A stretch of DNA of 64,000 nucleotides from Podarcis tiliguerta. Lineage: Eukaryota. Below are positions 61,801 to 64,000 of this stretch, in pieces. A model generated the notes under the pieces. The model was given only the letters and a program-made list of their open reading frames with translations, was not told the origin of the DNA and ran no database searches. Location of the stretch: NCBI GenBank assembly GCA_965153285.1, contig OZ229120.1; one strand, written 5' to 3'. The position numbers and the translations under genes are program-made. Each line of letters opens with the position of its first letter. Position 1 is the first letter of the stretch.

Positions 61801-64000
61801 ACTACCCACAACTCCTGGCGAAAGTGTGAGGAACGTAATACGTAAGTATTTTATGTTTCTCTCTCTCCATCCATTAAGATTTCTTATCACTGTAAGCAGT
61901 AATTGTGAATTCTTTAACAAATACCAAAAATGCAGCCAGAGGGTGACTCAATATGATACACATGGTTGCTTGAGCAACAGACTAGCAGTACCCTCAGAAA
62001 CTCTGTGGGACAGCGATGGCAACCACAAGGGGTAAAGGGGTCACCTCTGCACAGGGGCTTCTTTCATTGACACAGACGGTCAACTAGAGGGCACATGCAC
62101 AATGTTTCTGGCACTCTCTCTGTGTGCACGAGTCCTAGAGCTGCAGATTTTGGGCAGGATGGCATCATATATTATTAACAAGCCAGAAGAAAAAGCAGGC
62201 AAACAGCAAGACTCGAGGCTAACAGAACAATGTGGTATTATTAACTGGGTTTTACTGGAATAGAGGAAACGACGAAAACAAAATAGAAACCACCAATCTG
62301 GCCTTCCTTCTTTTAGCATTTAGTGAGGCTGTTTGCTTTTGTAATCTTTTTTCCCTCCTGAAAGGGACTCTAGTGATCTCTTCCATTTCATCATAGAATG
62401 TTAATATTTCAGTTTGTTAGCTCTAGCCTAGCACCCCTTCTTGGAGTCCCAGCTCAGCTTTTTCCCTAGCAAAGGATGAAGCAAGCAATAGGACAGGCAG
62501 AAAAACCATTAAGTGGTCTGCCAAGGTCCTCAGCAATTTTGAAGTGGTCCATGGGGAGGAAAAAGGTGGGAACCACTAGTATATGATATATTCATTGCCT
62601 TGAGAGCAATAACATCTCTGACAAAATGTTCTGTAACCACTCGACTGATTTACACTGTATGGGATACAGGGGCATTAAAAATAATATTGAGAAACAACAT
62701 CAACTTAGTTAGCCCTCAACATTTGTGAAAAGTTTCTTTGAAAACCCAGAAAGCTTATGTTTTATTTCTGACACCCGAAGGCAATTTCTTAATGCAAGCA
62801 AGACAATTTGCCCCAAGGCAGAATGATTTTTTTAAAAGAGTATCTGTATAGATAAAAATCCCTTGGTTATTTAGCAATAACATACAAACAATATCAAGAG
62901 CTTTCATGTAGCATGGATCCATATGTTCATTGTGTTGTGGTTGAGGGTTTTTTTTGGGTGGTGGTGGTTAAGCACATAATAACTTATCAGCAACAGGGTT
63001 CTGAATAATATTTGCATTTCCAGTTTAGTTTGCCCCCCTCCCCTGAGGAATCAAAAATATATATCAAATCTTGGCATCATTACTACCACTTCTCATCATG
63101 AACTTCAGGAAGATATTCGTGTGCAGATCAACTCACTCTTATTTAAGCTGTTTACTCTTTTTCAGCGACACCGTTAACCTATCATTTTAATGGCATCTTC
63201 ATTGCAGTTGCTAAATTTATGAAATTACTGCTTTATTATTTGGTCTAACATTTTATGATGGAAATTTCAACATGATAAAAATCAAAACTGCTTGTATCCT
63301 TTCCTCCATGGGTGGGAAAAGGAGCATACTGCAAGACTTGACTGGGGGCTTTGAAGCTACTTTGTCTTTTTTTTAAAATTAAAAAAAATTCTTTGAAAAG
63401 GATCAAGCAGCTGAACATCATGTGTGTTTTGAGTAAATCAGGTCCTTGAAACTAAAAGTGAAGGCCTGTAAATACTGCAAGGAATATAAATAAAAACTAG
63501 CAAGAATCCCATCAAATCATGTAACTAGAAAGGGGGCTATAATGGCAATCTGTAGCTATCTCTGTTGTTGACTGTCAGTCACAACTTCCTGGAATGGATC
63601 TTTCCTCTGGTCTATGTTTTCTCCTTGCTTCCATCCTGTGGGGCTCTTTCAGCTCTATTACCGCTTCCTTCCCCAAGTCACACAATACCTTGTGGTTATG
63701 TTTCCAGACAGCAGCTATGCTGTTGCTCTTCACTGACTCCCCACATTCATTCTTGGCCTTGCTTAGCAGGGCCGTCGTTGGGTAGGCTTTGCCTAATAAG
63801 CCCCATCAGCTGAAGCCCCACACAAGGACTTCCACTTGCACAATGGGGCTTCCCCTCTCTCCTTCCCCTGTGTCCCCTTCCCCTGAAATTGGATCGGGGG
63901 ATTGGGAGAACCCTCAGAACAGTGTGCAGAGGGAGGATGGGGGGATCACTCCATCTGGTGAGCCGAAATGCTTGTGTTGGCAATAACATTCAACTCCACC

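Noticed and set aside
11310-64000. A second protein-coding gene, CRISPR array or prokaryote-type system
   Set aside because: All recognisable peptides are TE-derived, there is no repeat-spacer array, and the DNA is eukaryotic intergenic sequence. Spliced lncRNAs cannot be excluded without RNA data.

Overview
Vertebrate nuclear DNA. The repeat content (Sauria SINE, BovB, Squam2/Squam3-like SINEs, CR1, L2, L1) points to a squamate, most likely a lacertid lizard. There is one protein-coding gene: a complete 5-exon centrin-3 (CETN3) on the + strand, CDS join(5163..5179, 6803..6938, 9009..9123, 9988..10179, 10901..10944), 504 nt, 167 aa. It has a CpG-island promoter, a perfect RFX X-box in intron 1 and a non-canonical GC donor on intron 2. 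The remaining ~53 kb downstream has no credible gene. It is a mix of transposable elements and repeat-free AT-rich blocks that may be conserved enhancers (in mammals CETN3 borders the gene desert toward MEF2C). I found no evidence of a new multi-gene system. The most notable observations are a SINE > solo LTR > MITE triple nest with intact target-site duplications, GC-rich first-exon-like cargo inside that MITE, the GC-AG intron, a U1-identical 11-mer at the last branch point, and a multi-hairpin element at 36.3 kb. Repeat family names come from recognition, not from a database search.
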